Shown here in pieces: positions 62,078 through 64,000 of a stretch of DNA of 64,000 nucleotides. Positions within the stretch are counted from its first letter, which is position 1, and each line of letters opens with the position of its first letter. The stretch is from assembly GCA_965221425.1 (NCBI GenBank), contig OZ244889.1, positions 2,843,854 to 2,907,853 of the forward strand. The letters are read 5' to 3'. The DNA is from Candidatus Poribacteria bacterium. GTDB taxonomy: Bacteria > Poribacteria > WGA-4E > WGA-3G. The notes under the pieces are model-generated. The model worked only from the letters and a program-made list of their open reading frames with translations. It did no database searches and was not told where the DNA came from. The position numbers and the translations under genes were made by a program.

Positions 62078-64000
62078 ATGCAAAATCAAAAACCAGCAGC
62101 ACTCAATGTCGTTCCAAATGATCCTATAGGCAACACATGGGCATTACCAGAAGGCGCAATTGTGCGATTTGGAACAGGGGACCTTAATAAAGTGAAAAGT
62201 TCACTTTCTCCTGATGGCAAGTATCTCGCCGTTGGGACTGGAGTAGGACTTTGGTGGTATGATACCACGTCTATGATGCCGATCTCGCTCTGGGAAACGG
62301 AAAGAGGGTTTATTAGTTCAATTCATTTCTCTCATGATGGCAGACAGATTGTGATTCGCAATTGGGATCAAATCCTTAAGGTCATGGATGTTCAAACTGC
62401 TGAATGTATTTATGAAATGAAAGTGCAAGGTTCAAATTTCACCTTATCATCAAACAACAAGTGGATTGCATCATGTGATTGGCAAGGAATTGTCAGAGTA
62501 TATGATATACAGAAAGGTGAATTTTTAGCACAGATGGATCGTGGAGAACATGAGTGGAAATCAAACGATATTCCTCATCTTGAATTTTCTCCAGATGGTA
62601 ACTTCCTTGCTGGCACAGCACAAAATCCTAAAATGTATTCACCCGACGATCAAGTACTAAATCCTGACACAGAAGGTGAGCAAACATACCTATGGAATCC
62701 GGAAACAGGGGAGGTAATTCTCAAGTTTGCAGGATCAGATTTTGTCTTTTCGGCAGATAGTCGGCTGCTGGCAGCCGCATCTCCCGATGAATCACATTCC
62801 TCGAGTGATGCTAAACGTATTGACCGCTGTGTTTCAGTGTGGGATGTGGTATCAAGAAAACGGATTGCCCACTTTACAGAACATACTGATCGGGCAATTA
62901 ATATCACTTTTTCACCCTGTGGCAAGTTCATCGCTTCATGCGATGAAACATTGCAGACCTTGCGAGAATGGGAACTGGCAACCGGCACGCAAAAGAAGGT
63001 TTATGAGAATTGTCTTGATGCCTTCTACTCCCCGGATGGTATCTTATTTGGTGTTGTATTTGTTTCTGATGACACGATAGAGGTTTGGAACGTGGATTCT
63101 CAGCAAAAAATGCTGGAACTGCCTCAGAGTGTTAATTTTGGATCAGCAAAAAAGAAGGTTTTCGCCTACATGCAAGAACATCAATTCCAAATCGCTGATA
63201 TAATTGCTAACAAATTGGCAGATAGCATACAGAAGTCATCTCCAATAGAACATAGAATTGGTTTTGCCATGCCAGATCCGCTGGTTGTTTGGGTAAATGA
63301 CCAGACACTTGCAAGTGGGAGCTATAGGCAAGGTATTGTATTATGGGATATTGTGGAAAAACGCGTTTGTGAAAGGTTATTGGAGAGTGAAAAAATTCAT
63401 GTTTTCACAGTTCTACCTAATGGTAAAATGTTAGCTGCCTTGGTTAGCTCTAAATACGACACGACTAAGGTATGGGATGTAGCAAATTCTGATAAACCTA
63501 TCGCTGAGTTTAATGCAAATGTATGGTGGGAACGTCACCAAGCGTTTTCTCCTGCAGGTGATCGTATGGCTGCAGGGAGTACAGAAGACGGTAAAGTGTA
63601 TGTCTGGAATTTACAGCAACCTGAGCATCCAATGATACTGACTGGACATGCTAAAAAGCATATTTACTCACTTGCGTTTTCACCAAACGGCAAACGTTTG
63701 GTGACTGGCTCAGATGACAACACAGCAAGACTATGGGATGTAGAATTGGGTAAGCACATCGCGATACTGCCTATGAATGAACACCACACCCCGATAAAAG
63801 TATTGTTTTCGCCGTGCGGTAACATAATAGCTGGTGGGTTGGGCAGCGAAATCCGCTTGTGGTGTACGGAGCAACTTACAACATTACGTACAATACCGCA
63901 GCCAGACAACAACCAACGGGTTTATGCACTCGCTTTTTCACCGTGTGGCAATTATCTCGCATCGGGAACTTGGTGGGAGAAGGGCATGCAAAAAATGGCT
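62078..64000 (+). CDS. divergent WD40-like beta-propeller protein (WD9), 3' end outside the window
   Basis: ATG 62078 opens a frame with no stop up to nt 64000, which is why it is absent from the ORF track. TWALPEGAIVRFGTG is followed by units such as LSPDGKYLAVG, FSPCGKFIAS, FSPNGKRLVTGSDDNTARLWD and FSPCGNYLASG. Confidence 0.7.
   Translation, partial: MQNQKPAALNVVPNDPIGNTWALPEGAIVRFGTGDLNKVKSSLSPDGKYLAVGTGVGLWWYDTTSMMPISLWETERGFISSIHFSHDGRQIVIRNWDQILKVMDVQTAECIYEMKVQGSNFTLSSNNKWIASCDWQGIVRVYDIQKGEFLAQMDRGEHEWKSNDIPHLEFSPDGNFLAGTAQNPKMYSPDDQVLNPDTEGEQTYLWNPETGEVILKFAGSDFVFSADSRLLAAASPDESHSSSDAKRIDRCVSVWDVVSRKRIAHFTEHTDRAINITFSPCGKFIASCDETLQTLREWELATGTQKKVYENCLDAFYSPDGILFGVVFVSDDTIEVWNVDSQQKMLELPQSVNFGSAKKKVFAYMQEHQFQIADIIANKLADSIQKSSPIEHRIGFAMPDPLVVWVNDQTLASGSYRQGIVLWDIVEKRVCERLLESEKIHVFTVLPNGKMLAALVSSKYDTTKVWDVANSDKPIAEFNANVWWERHQAFSPAGDRMAAGSTEDGKVYVWNLQQPEHPMILTGHAKKHIYSLAFSPNGKRLVTGSDDNTARLWDVELGKHIAILPMNEHHTPIKVLFSPCGNIIAGGLGSEIRLWCTEQLTTLRTIPQPDNNQRVYALAFSPCGNYLASGTWWEKGMQKMA

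Noticed and set aside
44013-64000. A diversity-generating retroelement or other templated hypermutation system acting on the WD40 repeats.
   Set aside because: There is no reverse transcriptase, no template/variable repeat pair with adenine-specific differences, and no accessory gene anywhere in the window.
1-64000. tRNA, rRNA, tmRNA or RNase P genes.
   Set aside because: Reading the spacers, I found no cloverleaf-compatible segment with a GTTCRANYC T-loop and no rRNA-like stretch. A proper tRNAscan/Infernal run is still advisable.

Overview
The window looks like a 64 kb piece of an uncultured bacterial genome, about 43-45% GC by eye. I found no rRNA, tRNA, CRISPR array, transposase, integrase or reverse transcriptase. 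I had no search tools, so every product call rests on motifs I recognise in the translations.

Positions 1-43.9 kb mix metabolic and transport genes: a PafA/Dop fragment, an aldo-keto reductase, FAH, SDR, a membrane multihaem cytochrome c-TPR protein, a TonB-dependent receptor, a rhodanese, a C26 amidotransferase, two PorV/PorQ-like barrels, two MFS transporters, an FGE-like protein, PhyH, an enolase-superfamily enzyme, RraA-like and HpcH-like aldolases, an aminotransferase and a sulfatase. Scattered among them are accessory or defence-type genes:
- a UvrD-type helicase with an inserted GIY-YIG nuclease
- an Mrr type IV endonuclease
- an AAA-like ATPase with a PD-(D/E)XK tail
- a HigB/HigA-like pair followed by a TPR protein
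- an N6/N4 DNA methyltransferase fused to HNH
- a Ser/Thr kinase

Nearly every long intergenic spacer in this part is built from a mosaic of short repeat modules: hairpins with a constant GGTTAGGAAACC core and covarying stems, GCACAAACT...AGTTTGTGC palindromes, and a roughly 115 bp MITE-like unit with terminal inverted repeats. Some of these flank or truncate genes.

Positions 44-64 kb are the most unusual part. Nine consecutive same-strand genes encode WD40 beta-propeller proteins: seven canonical ones with about 14 blades each, and two divergent ones. All nine share the N-terminal motif W.LP.GA..R.GKG. Two of them are fused to an N-terminal ECF-type sigma-70 domain, one through a transmembrane helix and one directly. 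Each fusion is followed by a free-standing paralogue whose predicted compartment matches it.

The gene content (WD40/TPR expansion, sulfatase plus FGE-like protein, LamG, PorV-like barrels) resembles marine or sponge-associated candidate phyla, but that is only a guess.
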